Shown: positions 50,422 to 63,527, counted from the whole stretch's first letter. The stretch is 63,840 nt of DNA, filler included, from Octopus bimaculoides (GCF_001194135.2; 7 parts of 6 records of this genome joined end to end with filler, not necessarily neighbours in it), one strand, 5' to 3'. Numbers and translations: made by a program. The notes: generated by a model not told the origin, from the letters alone.

Positions 50422-51843
50422 ACACACAGTATTAAAAATATCATTTCCAAATCACAAAAATTTATAGGGTTGGTGCTTTAACACTGATTTCAATTGTATC
50501 ATTAAGCAGATTAGCAATAAGTTTCTCTGTGAATAGAAAGGATACTAGATGTTGCAGATAGCTTTTCCTGCAGGAGGAAAGAATCAAACTTGGCGTTGCA
50601 AGCCGATGACTCACTCATCAATTTCAAAGTACTGCCACTGCCTATGGTTGTGAATTATACCACCAGTAGAATCTACTTGGAACTGGATGGACTTTATTGC
50701 TATGAGTTAATTGCCTTAGCCTCAGACATAATGCAGCATTGTTGACAGGCTACAAACTGCTGACCTGGCTGGTTGGCTGGTATCCTGCTAAATTCAGCCA
50801 TCCATAGTTTCTGTTGAAAGCGTGTCTATAGTGAATCTAATTTACATAATTTTTCATCATGTTTTGTTTTTTTTTAACTTTCAGATTTTACTTTTATCTT
50901 AACAGAGTGTTGTGTCAGTGTGTGTGTATGTATGTATGTATGTATGTATGTATGTGTGTGTGTAGATAATGTACAATATTTCACTTGTATTGATCTTTGA
51001 ATGTACATAACTCATTTTAAAGATATATTGATACTACTGTAAAATATCTAGAATAGTAACAGCTTAATGCAAGATCTGTTACTTTGTGATTTGGGTTGTG
51101 ATGTCTCAAGGTACATCAAGTATGCCTATTAGTTATTGATATTTAAAATATACAGTGCACAATAGTTCCAATACTTGAAGACAATATTACAATATGATTG
51201 AAAAGTCATAAATCTCAAAAGTGTATGAAGACACTGCAAATGTGCAAATGCAACCTGTAATATATTGGGGGAAGCACTTCATTCCACAATAAAAAGCAAA
51301 ATCTCCATGTTGGGAAAACTTTAAGGAAAATAAAATCATTAAAATGATAATTATTGTCAGATTTTCAATTTCACAGATATGACACAAATGTTGCTCCCTC
51401 TTCGCTTATACTACATATATATACAGCAGATGTATAGTAAGAGAGAAAGAGAGGGTAAGAGAGAAAAAGGAGCGTGTGTGTGTGTGTGTGTATTGTATGG
51501 TTGATTGTAAATGTATGTACATTAGAAAATTGATTATCTGCAATGTTACTTGTCTATTTAAGTTAAGAATTGAAAATCTTTGAGTGTTTCCATTGCAATA
51601 ATCAATCATATTTTGAATAAAGCTAAACAAAAAAATGAAATAGAAAAAAAAAGACAAACAAATAGAACAGCTCAACAAAATCGATTTATCAGTGAGACCA
51701 CACCAGATCAATAAAGACGTGTTTATTGCAACAGGTTTGTCAAAACAGCCATTCAAACAAATAGATTTGGGTTATGCTTAGTGTGTGTGTGTGAGTAAGT
51801 GTGNNNNNNNNNNNNNNNNNNNNNNNNNNNNNNNNNNNNNNNN

Positions 51844-51908
<65 letters not shown>

Positions 51909-52911
51909 TGTATACCTAGTCAAGCTAGTTAAATATAATTCAGGCAAATACTTTAATGGCAAATTATAATGCTGTAATTATGCAGTTTTGGACAGGTACC
52001 TAACTGCATGATACATTGTGAAATATTGATAAAAATCCCCTTGACTTTTCTGGTATGAAGTCATCTGTTTTAAAGTGTTTATATTTAAATCTAAATTTTC
52101 CAACATAATATAATGGAAAAAAACTTCTGTTATGCTCCAAATACCAACTAAATATACCAATAAATGAAACGGTTAATTATTAGAATTAACTTGGAGGTGG
52201 CAAGCAGGCAGACATGCCAGACAAAATGCTTAGTGGCATTTCATCCATGTTTATGTTCTGAGATCAAATTCTACCTAGGTTGAGTTTGCCTTTTGTCCTT
52301 TTGGGTTCGATAAAATAAATACCAGCTGAGTTCTTGGATTAATGTAATCGACTTGCCCCCTCCCTGAAGTTGCTAGCTTTGTGTTAAAATTTGAAACCAT
52401 TATTAAAATTAACTCATACATAAAAAGTGTATTTCGTGAGAAATGTAGTCATTAAAGAGTTAATCTACAGCTTGTGTGTGGTTGAGACTAAAAGGAAGAG
52501 AGTAAGTTTGATAAAAACTGAAAATTTTAAATACGTAGGTGTTTCAATTCTCCAATTATTGTTTTGCCAAAACACAGCTATTATATGACCAAATGTCTTC
52601 TAGCTGTGACTAATAATGGGTGCACGCATGACTATATGGTTCAGAAATTCAGTTCAAAATGTTATAGTCATGTGATCTATCACATAACAAGGTCATAAGT
52701 TGAGTGAAGCCTTGTGAGAAGTCCATTGCATTTGTGTTTGTGTGTACACAAATATGCATGTATGTGTGTGTGTATGTATATATATAATATATATATGTAT
52801 ATATATATATGTATATATATATANNNNNNNNNNACACGAAACTGTGTCCTTTATAACCTTCGAACAGGGGTGGTCAGCAGCTTCCCCTTACTGGTTTGGC
52901 ATAAATACATA

Positions 52912-52945
52912 TATGAAGAGGTACCCAAAAGTAACCGGAAATGTT
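52912..52945 (+). mobile_element. isolated mariner-type left TIR fragment
   Basis: TA plus TGAAGAGGTACCCAAAAGTAACCGGAA. Confidence 0.4.
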
Positions 52946-53897
52946 CTCCATGGGACAAGCCCATTGTAGTTCAGGCTTCTGCTGCTAGAAGCCACTTGAT
53001 GCAATCCTCATGTTCTCAATTTAGTGTCTATCCACTTTCACATCTGGCATGTGGCACACTGCACACATGTACAGGCAATGTTAATTTGACAGAGGGAGTG
53101 AGCTAATGGACAGCACAAATATTTAATTGTAATCAAATCACTTGTGGAAGTTGTTCAGCACACAGGTGGCTCAATATCATCTGGAGCTCTTGCCGAGCTC
53201 CCATCTGTTGTTTGTAATAAATACTTATTGGTTGAGCCAAATCATTTTGAAATTATTTAACTAAGAGAGCACATTTAAGTACGTAATATGGCCGTGGTTT
53301 CTTCTATAACACACATTTCAGTTATTTGGACAAATATTTTGAAAATCCTAAAGAGATCTTATGAAAGTAATTGTGTACTTGTGAGTGTGTGCATGAACTG
53401 TAAATCAGTTTCAACAAAACAGAAAGATAATTTTAGTAGATCAATGAAAGATTAAATAGCTATATTATATTTCTGATTTCAGAATTTAAAAAAAATTGTT
53501 CAATAATAATAATAATAATAATTTCAAAACTTATGACAGAGTGAAATAGATATTCCAAAGTCATGGCAACATTTGAGCTGACTAATCAAGAATTATGGAA
53601 TTGTTGATCTGTTTTTGTCAGAATTTTAATGGGTCAAAAAGTCGAGCCCATTCAACCATTTAGCCTGTCGCGTTAGCAACATCAATTACAAAGAATTGTT
53701 GACAAAGAAGAGCTGATAGAAAAAGAGGGGAAAGCCAAACTGTAACATTCATTTTTCTCAAAGCATGCCCTCCATTAGTTATTTTATCAAGATAAAAAAG
53801 AATCTTACAGGCATTGACTTTACAGATAGGCAGGAGAGAAATGTTAGTTATTGAAAGATAGGAAGGGGAAGACAAAAGATTTCATATGCATTTTCCT

Positions 53898-53943
53898 TTA
53901 AGCATGCTGACAGGTTAGGGTTAGGGTTAAGCATGCTGACAGG
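53898..53943 (+). repeat. short interstitial telomere-like insert (TTAGGG)2 within a 17-bp direct repeat
   Basis: TTAAGCATGCTGACAGG (53898-53914), TTAGGGTTAGGG (53915-53926), TTAAGCATGCTGACAGG (53927-53943). Confidence 0.85.
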
Positions 53944-54780
53944 AAGCAGAATGGGAATACAGCAAAGTGTTGAATCTGGATGGGTTTCCTTTGAAACAAA
54001 GTAACTATTTTAGCTCAATTTCCAAAGATTTGGACAACTTTCCAATGTGGTTATAAATACATTACATTCTTAAATTGATTTTTGAGTTATATAAAAAATA
54101 AACGGACATGCAGTGCATGACTTGCATGCTTCGACTGCATGCCACTGATATATATATATAATCAATACAATATGATATTATAATGATATGGTAATATATT
54201 AAGATATATTAAATATATTATAATATAGGTGGCTCATTAGCAAATTGAAACCAAAAAGGAATTAATAAATGAAGGTGCAAAATAGCACTGGCGATTGCTA
54301 GAAATGAGAGTCAAAGTTTAACTTGGAAAGCCACTAAAAGCAATAACCACATGATATTTACAGGGTTCGGGCACAGCAAGCTAAACACTCTTTCCCTTGT
54401 GAGATAAACTCACAGAATGAAATAGTTGGACAAAGCCTTATCACGTGATTTCAAAATTTGATCAGAATAATCTTGATTCTTGTCAGAGGCCTTCACCACT
54501 ACTCAGTGTTAAAGAGATACCCGGTCTCGTAATAGTTCATGAGAAGAAAAAACTGTTATATATATCTTTTATCTCTTCTCTTTTACCTTTTGCATGTTTC
54601 AATCCTTAGACTATGGCCATGCTGGGGCACTGCCTTGAATTTTTAGTCGAATGAATCAACTCCAGTACTTAATTTTTAANNNNNNNNNNNNNNNNNNNNN
54701 NNNNNNNNNNNNNNNNNNNNNNNNNNNNNNNNNNNNNNNNNNNNNNNNNNNNNNNNNNNNNNNNNNNNNNNNNNNNNNNC

Positions 54781-56152
54781 TCACAGGCAAAGAACAGAGG
54801 TACAAGATTTTCTGGGCAGGGAACACTGATGGGGTCTGGGGCGTGGGTATACTTCTTGTGGAGAAATGGGTTGATAAAGTAATTGAGGTAGTTGGAGTAT
54901 GCGACAGAATACTTAAGATTAGCAAGGCGGAGAGCTGGCAGAAACGTTAGCATGCTGGGTGAAATGCTTAGCAGTATTTCGTCTGCCGCTACGTTCTGAG
55001 TTCAAATTCCGCCGAGGTCGACTTTGCCTTTCATCCTTTCGGGGTTGATTAAATAAGTACCAGTTATGCACTGGGGTCGATATAATCGACTTAATCCATT
55101 TGTCCTTGTTTGTCTCCACTGTGTGGAGCACCTTGTGGGCAGTAAAGAAATAAGAATACTTAAGATTAGATTAATGTTTCATCATGGGTTAGCAACAATT
55201 ATCTCGGCCTATGCTCCTCAGCCGGAGCTACCTGATGGACAGAAAGATCGATTTTATGACACCCTCTTGCAGACTACCTTATTGACGAATGTCAGGGACC
55301 TTCTCTTCATGACTGGTGACTTCAGTGGACATGTTGGACAACATACAGGGGATCTCCATGGCGTACATAGAGGCTACGGTTTTGGTTCTTGAATTGAAGA
55401 GGGAACCAGGCTTCTGGAGTTCTGTGATGCATATGTTCTTATGGTTTGCAGTACTAACTTCAGAATATCTGCCAGTCAACTAATCACCCACCGTTCTGGC
55501 AGACACACTATCCAAATTGACTACATCCTTGCCGGAAAAAGGGAAAGATGGCTGCTTATAAATGCCAAAACCTTCCCAGGCAAAGAATGTACGCCACAAC
55601 ATAGACTGGTAGTTAGCGACTTCAGGAACAGGGCTAAATGGATGCCCAGAAGACGACCAGCATAGAGGAGAAGGGTCTGGAAGCTTAAAGATCCTGCGAA
55701 TGGATGGAGATTTAGAGACATATTACTCGAAACCTTTGACAAAAGAGAAGGGGATATAGCTTCACACGATGTGGAAGACAACTGGAGGTTTCTGTGGGAC
55801 AACCTGCTGAGACAACCTGACCAGATCTGTGGATGGTGCAAAGTCCCCTCTCGACCCAAGGTAACGTGGTGATGGAACAATGTTGTTGACAGGGCTATTA
55901 GAGAAAAGAAACAGGCTTGGAAGCACTGGAAGAATGGTGGTAGCAGGGAATTGTATCAGACTACCAGAAGGGAAGCTAGGCAACAGGTTTATTTAGCCAG
56001 AGAGGAAGCAGATAAGAAAAAATTTGCCAATGTTCTGTGCTGTGAGGACCAAAGACTTGAAGTATTTCATGTTGCAAGGCAGTGTGTGAGAGAGAATCAT
56101 GATTTCATAGGAGAGAAATGTGTCTGCATGGATGATGGTTCACTTGCACTAA
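54781..56152 (+). mobile_element. RTE-clade (BovB-like) LINE remnant, APE domain and linker
   Basis: YKIFWAG..GVGILL..VIEV..DRILKI, IISAYAPQ..KDRFYDTL, GDFSGHVG, YGFGS*.EEGTRLLEFCD, QIDYIL, ECTPQHRLVVSDF. Confidence 0.9.
54923..55152 (+). mobile_element. full-length SINE A1 inserted in the RTE with a perfect 17-bp TSD
   Basis: AGAATACTTAAGATTAG at 54906-54922 and 55153-55169. Confidence 0.95.
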
Positions 56153-56812
56153 ATGACTCCTTCCTCTCTTTTGTCCAATCCTTCCATCCTGCCCTCGAAT
56201 TCTCCTGCACTATTTCCAACACTTCCGTCACATTTCTTGATATTTATGTCAACATACACCACTCAGCTTTCACTACCTCCATCCACTACAAACACACTGA
56301 CTCACACTCCTACCTTAACTTCTCCTCCTCCCACCCTACCCACACAAAGCTCTTCATCCCTTTCTCCCACCCATGCTGCCACACTTGCCCCTACCTCTCT
56401 GACACCATCATCCTCACAGGCACCCATCATCATCCCTATCATATCACCAACTCCTTTACCTGCACTTCTAGCAATGTCATTTACTGCATCTCCTGCTCTT
56501 TCTGCCCTTCTCTGGACATTGGTCAAACGGGATGCCACTTGGCTGACCGGTTTGTAGAGCACCTCAGAGACATCAGACTCGACAATGCCACCCTGGTCTT
56601 GCGCCATTTCTGCTCCCCCAGTCATTCACTACAACACCTGGCTGTGTTCAGATTGCCTTTGCACAGGGGCCATCTGGACTCCCACCTTCACCGTGAACAG
56701 GAATTACTCTTCTCTCTTCACTCCTTTGTGCCTCATGGGCTCAACTCCCTTCCTCTCCTCTCTCCTGACACCTACTTCCTCTGACACCTACTTCCTCTGA
56801 CACCTACTTCCT
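56153..56812 (+). mobile_element. Penelope-like (Neptune-type) remnant: RT thumb, Cys motif and GIY-YIG, internally deleted
   Basis: HPALEFSCTISNTSVTFLDI..TTSIHYKHTDSHSYLNFSSSHP..IPFS | PCCHTCP..SFTCTSSNVIYCISC..C..LDIGQTG..RFVEH. It ends in (CTGACACCTACTTCCT)x3 at 56765-56812. Confidence 0.85.
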
Positions 56813-58164
56813 CTCTTCCCTCCTATCCACCTTCTCTCTTCATTGATACACTCCCTCTACTCCACCTCTGTCTCATCCCCACCTCTCCATCGCTCCCCTC
56901 AACCCCATCCCATACCCCCNNNNNNNNNNNNNNNNNNNNNNNNNNNNNNNNNNNNNNNNNNNNNNNNNNNNNNNNNNNNNNNNNNNNNNNNNNNNNNNNN
57001 NNNNNNNNNNNNNNNNNNNNNNNNNNNNNNNNNNNNNNNNNNNNNNNNNNNNNNNNNNNNNNNNNNNNNNNNNNNNNNNNNNNNNNNNNNNNNNNNNNNN
57101 NNNNNNNNNNNNNNNNNNNNNNNNNNNNNNNNNNNNNNNNNNNNNNNNNNNNNNNNNNNNNNNNNNNNNNNNNNNNNNNNNNNNNNNNNNNNNNNNNNNN
57201 NNNNNNNNNNNNNNNNNNNNNNNNNNNNNNNNNNNNNNNNNNNNNNNNNNNNNNNNNNNNNNNNNNNNNNNNNNNNNNNNNNNNNNNNNNNNNNNNNNNN
57301 NNNNNNNNNNNNNNNNNNNNNNNNNNNNNNNNNNNNNNNNNNNNNNNNNNNNNNNNNNNNNNNNNNNNNNNNNNNNNNNNNNNNNNNNNNNNNNNNNNNN
57401 NNNNNNNNNNNNNNNNNNNNNNNNNNNNNNNNNNNNNNNNNNNNNNNNNNNNNNNNNNNNNNNNNNNNNNNNNNNNNNNNNNNNNNNNNNNNNNNNNNNN
57501 NNNNNNNNNNNNNNNNNNNNNNNNNNNNNNNNNNNNNNNNNNNNNNNNNNNNNNNNNNNNNNNNNNNNNNNNNNNNNNNNNNNNNNNNNNNNNNNNNNNN
57601 NNNNNNNNNNNNNNNNNNNNNNNNNNNNNNNNNNNNNNNNNNNNNNNNNNNNNNNNNNNNNNNNNNNNNNNNNNNNNNNNNNNNNNNNNNNNNNNNNNNN
57701 NNNNNNNNNNNNNNNNNNNNNNNNNNNNNNNNNNNNNNNNNNNNNNNNNNNNNNNNNNNNNNNNNNNNNNNNNNNNNNNNNNNNNNNNNNNNNNNNNNNN
57801 NNNNNNNNNNNNNNNNNNNNNNNNNNNNNNNNNNNNNNNNNNATTTTTTTATTAAAAATATATAATATTGCTTTATTTATATGATTCACTTCTTTAAAAA
57901 GGTTTCTCAATGTCAACTTCTGATATTGATGTAGCAACAAAAAAATTTTCCGTTTTCATTTGTAAAATCTCTCACTCTTTATTTTAATGCTTTCATTTAA
58001 GTTTTAATTTGCTATTTGCAAACAAGTATGATAAATTACTGAAAGAAATATTTACTAAGTTCACAAATTTTGCTTTGAACGTGCATACTTCATTAACTTC
58101 TGTATAAAGTTTTTATTTATTTACTTTTTATGTGCTGTGATCAGCTCTGTGTATTTGTAGTCAG

Positions 58165-58217
<53 letters not shown>

Positions 58218-58698
58218 TGTGTTTTTGTATGTACGTTTGTATACATTTATATATACAGTTATATATAAGGTCTAAAAAATAAAAATCTCTAAAAAGTACT
58301 GCTGTCATCATTTCTAAAAATAAACACTGAAAAATGGTATGGCATCATTTCTAAAAATAGCCAAGCAACTACTACTGCTTACCACAGGAATGTATATAAA
58401 GGACAAAATTTAACCAGTGAGCCACAGTTGAAACCAATGAACATAACTGTAACCACCACCATATGAATTTGAAGATTGCATAACTGCAAGAAAGTATACT
58501 AGTTCAATAAGAATGGACATTTAATATTTCATTTGTTCAATAAGAATAGACAATTGATACTTCATTTCATTCCTTTTTGCTATATTATTTTATATCTTAT
58601 ATTAATATTATAAGATTATAAATAAATCGTGAAAAACAGACAAAGTTGGAATTCCTTTGAGTAATATATTCTTCTATACACAATCATACAATCCCCTT

Positions 58699-58757
<59 letters not shown>

Positions 58758-58779
58758 CAGAGTAATCATATAAATGCAA

Positions 58780-59010
58780 AACAAGGTGGAAAAAATAAGT
58801 ACTTGAATACCAGAGGTAGAGTAATATGTTTTATTAAAAAGCAGCAAAAATATCACAAAAACTGTTACTCAGAGTTTCGTGTTCCTGTTCATTGGACAGT
58901 TTTGTTTAGAAGATATATATTCTTTAACATGCTCATTCTAAACAAAACTGTCCGACAAACGGGAACATGAAACACTGAGTAACAGTTTTTGTGATATTTT
59001 TGCTGCTTTT
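58780..59010. mobile_element. PLE-type terminal repeat in inverted arrangement carrying two degenerate hammerhead motifs
   Basis: 75-bp arms at 58837-58911 and 58936-59010, with a 24-nt spacer; the right arm runs into a gap. Confidence 0.6.
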
Positions 59011-59110
59011 NNNNNNNNNNNNNNNNNNNNNNNNNNNNNNNNNNNNNNNNNNNNTTAATTAATTAANNNNNNNNNNNNNNNNNNNNNNNNNNNNNNNNNN
59101 NNNNNNNNNN

Positions 59111-59151
<41 letters not shown>

Positions 59152-59159
59152 TGTGTGCA

Positions 59160-59468
59160 TCCTTTATCCTCTACTTGTTTCATTCGTTAGACTGCAACCC
59201 TGCTGGAGCACCGCCTTGAAGGGTTTTAGTCGAATTTTTCAATCAGTGGTGAGGTGACAAACACAAACGGAAAGACACACACATAGATAGATATACATGC
59301 ATATACGACAGGCTTCTTTCAGTTTCCGTCACCAAATCCACTCACAAGGGTTTTGTAGGCCCGAGGCTATAGTAGAAAACACTTACCCAAGGCGCAACGC
59401 AGTGAGACTGAATCCAGAACCATGTGGCTGGGAAGCTAATTTCTTACCCTACAACCACGCCTGCGCCT
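59160..59468 (-). mobile_element. SINE family C (rearranged middle)
   Basis: Family head and tail. Confidence 0.75.
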
Positions 59469-59538
59469 ACATATATATAAATACATACATATACATATAT
59501 GTACCCACCTGTGTGTGTGTGTGTGTGTGTGGCTAAAA

Positions 59539-59579
<41 letters not shown>

Positions 59580-59857
59580 CGCGCGCGCACACACACACAC
59601 ACACACTCTTGAATAAGTTTCGGCCAGAATTTATGTATGGCAAGAAAATACTTATCTAATTGTAACAGTAATTATAACGGTAAGATATTTAACGGTGTTT
59701 CATATTACAGTCGTTTTGGGGAAACGATAGTCCATTCAAATAAAAAGATTATTGTTTGCAGAGATATGTCCGGGTGTAGGTGATTTATCTGGAACTTGCT
59801 GGAACCGTCTGAATGTTTATAAGATCTTTTTTTATTCTCTTGTGTGTCAGGTATGGT

Positions 59858-60228
59858 GGAGGCGCAATAACCCAGTGGTTAGGGCAGCGGACTCGCGGTC
59901 ATAGGATCGCGGTTTCGATTCCCAGTCCGAGCGTTGTGAGTGTTTATTGAGCAAAATCACCTAAAGCTCCATGAGGCTCCGGCAGGGGATGGTGGCGAAC
60001 CCTGCTGTACTCTTCCACCACAACTTTCTCTCACTCTTACTTCTTGTTTCTGTTGTGCCTATAATTCAAAGGGTCAGCCTTGTCACACTGAATATCCCCG
60101 AGAACTACGTTAAGGGTACACGTGTCTGTGGAGTGCTCAGCCACTTGCACGTTAATTTCACGAGCAGGCTGTTCCGTTGATCGGATCAACAGGAACTCTC
60201 GACGTCGTGAACGACGGAGTGCCAACAC
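59858..60228 (+). mobile_element. SINE family B
   Basis: Matches 10308-10693; probable TSD AGGTATG(G/A)T at 59849-59857 and 60232-60240. Confidence 0.88.
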
Positions 60229-60963
60229 GTTAGGTATGATTTTAGAGAGAGCAGGGTAAGTCGGGGTGAAATAGTCTCGCTTTAGTGTTGCGATGTGATA
60301 CAAGCACGATTTTCATAGAGGACGGGTGGCACGGGGACCAAATTTCGGGTGAATTTTAATAAAATCATCGTTAGCATTATTTCACTGTTTACTCGTTACC
60401 AACAACTACTGCAGAACAAAGCGAGACCTGTCACACTCGTGCATATGTTTGATATATTTTTCTTTCTTTTTTAATTTATAATTTCTCACAGATCAATGAT
60501 ATTTATTTCCATTCTTCTCCTCTTAATATTCACTAAGCAATTATTTCTCTATCTATAAACTGACGTATATGTTCCCATGGTAACGAACGTCACGTTCTAG
60601 AGGAACGTGACACAAACAGGAAACTCTGAGTAGCAACGGTGTGAATGAAAATTGTTACACACTAACGTAAATGTTTCTCATTGATTTTTTAAATATATTT
60701 TCTTTTTACAGCCAAGCATGTGCGTAGGTATGTGTTAGTCTGTACGTATGTATGTAAATGTGTATGCATCTATGTATATATAAGTGTATGTACGTATATG
60801 CGTGTGTATGCTTGTGTGTATATGTGAGTGTGTATGTGCATGCGTGCTTGCATGCGTATATGTAAGTTAACAATATAAGCAATCGCATTGTGCATTTGAT
60901 GGTAGTAACCTACACGTATTTGCCGACGAAAAACATTTAGTCTGACAATGTGCATGTGCGCAC

Positions 60964-60999
<36 letters not shown>

Positions 61000-61214
61000 C
61001 GAGTAGCCACATCATAGTGGCAGTTGAATGCTACTACTAGTTCAACCCCAGGAGGATTCTCCGCCAGCTGGTTTTCGGAACAAATTCTGCACCCTTTATA
61101 TACAATACATCGCTTGCAGACGGAGCGAACCCCTACTTCCATGCAGCAGCTAACAGGATCGTGGGACTGTCCCAGTTTCGAGCTATTTGGCTCATCCTCA
61201 GCCGTGCGCACTCT

Positions 61215-61397
61215 ATCTCTTCTTGACTGCGGTCATGCTGGAGCTCCGCCATTAGTCGAACAAATCAACCCCAGGACTTATTCTTTGTAAGCCTAGTACT
61301 TATATTACCGGTTTCTTTTGCTGAACCGCTAAGTGACGGGGACGTAAAGATACCGACATCGGTTGTCAAAGTGATGGTGGGGGGACAAACACAGACT
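61215..61397 (-). mobile_element. SINE family C 3' half
   Basis: Family tail sequence. Confidence 0.75.
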
Positions 61398-61801
61398 TAC
61401 ATACATATATATATATGTATGTGTGTGTGTGTGTATATCTTAATATATAAATCTGAAATTGTGTGTTTGNNNNNNNNNNNNNNNNNNNNNNNNNNNNNNN
61501 NNNNNNNNNNNNNTTAATTAATTAANNNNNNNNNNNNNNNNNNNNNNNNNNNNNNNNNNNNNNNNNNNNATATATAAATCATTATAAATATACAGGGATT
61601 AGCAAATTGAGTTGCTTCTCCAACATACTGAAAAATTTAGAAATAGCAGTCAAAGAACTACTGATTCCAAACTACAAATTTTCTTTAAAGTGGATGGCGA
61701 TATTTATGGCACACATAGAACAAAAAACCGGAGGGAAAAGCGTAAACAAGCCAAGCCTTATGCATATATATATATAGATATGTATATATATATATATATA
61801 C

Positions 61802-61857
<56 letters not shown>

Positions 61858-62918
61858 CTACATATGTATATGCACATATGTACCTATTAATCTATCTATC
61901 TACCTCTATATATATATATGTATATGTGTGTGTGCATGTGTGTGTATGCGTGTGTGTGTGTATGTATGTGTGTATGTGTGTGTGTACCTGTGTATACAAA
62001 TATATCCAAAAATAAAAGCATATATGAAAATCACATATATATATACATACATCTCACAAGACACTCTTCGCCATTATTTAACCTCAACGTATTTCTGAAT
62101 AAAATATAGATCATTAACTAAATTCATTAACTAAATCCATTAACTAAATTCATTAGACCTATGGCAGCAATGGCTTTGTGAATATAACGAGACTGAATAG
62201 AGAATGTTAGTTTCAGCATACGAAAGAGATATGTTTTTATTACCTTAAACCTTAGCCATAATATTAGGTTTAGAGATGCAGAAAGATACAAATCTTATCA
62301 GCCGGGATGTGTCACCAATATTCAGTCTGAATATTAGTGGTACGGATCTGTTCCATTAGGAGACATAGTCTCCAGCTGGCTATAAGATACAATCTGTGTC
62401 CTTATATTTTCGAAACAAGGGAATATAGCACCCCCACTCAGCTCAAAACAATATCTGTGTATCGCGGTTTCAGCACAGAATAATTGTTCAGCTAGAGGTG
62501 GCGCTGTCAAATTCTCGTTCGAAATATATAGTTTTCAAAGTGACGACTAATCACTGATCTAGTAATTTTCCCATTCATGAGATGTTTTAAACCTTTGAAA
62601 CTACATTGGGTAAGATGCAGTTTGTTTGAAAGAAATCATATGTATTCTGTAGCAATTTTTGTAGATTATATATACTTTACTAAACAAGAACTTCCTATCA
62701 GTAAAGTTAATAAACAAAATTAATGGGAGCTATGACCAAGTTTAAGCTGAAAATAGAACGTGGCAGAAAAATCTTAGATATATTATGACGGATCATGCAC
62801 AGACATATGTGTGTGTGTGTGTTTGTGTGTGTGTCTGTATGTGTGTGTGTCTGTGTGTGTGTGTGTGCGTTCGTATGTGCGTATATATGTATAGATTTAT
62901 ATATATAATATACACACA

Positions 62919-63235
62919 GACGCAGACGTATCTCTCTGGTAAGATGTTTGCTTCATAACCACAAGGTTCCGGGTTCTGTTTCATTGCGTAGAACCTCTGT
63001 GTGTGTGTGTGAGTGTGTGTGCTCTGTGTTTGCCTGTCTCTGTCTTGTCCCCTGCCACCAGCTACTGCGTGTTTACGACCCTGTATCATAGCGGTTCGGC
63101 CACAAAAACTAATAAAATAAATACTAAGCTGTAAACAATATAAGTGCAGTAGTTGATTCCGTCATTTAAAATTCTTCAAGGCGGTGCTCCAGCATGGTCG
63201 CAGTCTAATGACTGAAACAAGTATACGATAAAAGA
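62919..63235 (+). mobile_element. SINE family C, diverged
   Basis: Degenerate head; tail GGCGGTGCTCCAGCATGGTCGCAGTC. Confidence 0.7.
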
Positions 63236-63527
63236 TACATATATGCATATATATGTATATATATATATATATATATATNNNNNNNNNNTTTAACAATACA
63301 TCTTGTGTCTCCAAAGCAAGAAACTATTTGCAGATCGCATTTTTCCACTGTCTCCATTAAACGGTATTCATAACTCACTGGATGGAGTACTTCTTTTAGC
63401 TGAACTTACCATGAAAGAACATAAAACTATACATTCATACATACATACATACATACATACATACATACATACATACATACATACATACATAAATACATAC
63501 ATACATACACACATACATACATGCATA

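Noticed and set aside
50460-53880. Possible exons at about 50460-50830, 53130-53210 and 53560-53800
   Set aside because: All frames close quickly after candidate acceptors; no recognisable product.
56765-56812. Short direct-repeat arrays (also 14907-14935, 17990-18070, 62113-62150) as CRISPR-like
   Set aside because: Contiguous tandem units with no spacers, in eukaryotic DNA with no cas genes.
16845-57940. Long ORFs spanning N runs (e.g. 16845-17786, 34080-35450, 56843-57865)
   Set aside because: They are open only because X codons contain no stops.
8514-61525. Six TTAATTAATTAA islands inside N runs (8514, 18146, 29748, 44848, 59055, 61514)
   Set aside because: The islands sit inside roughly 100-nt N runs (44 N + 12 + 44 N where counted) and give stops in all six frames: an assembly gap spacer, not biology.
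62490-62510. AGAGGTGGCGCTG, CTCF-like
   Set aside because: Only the 3' half of the motif matches; unsupported without ChIP data.
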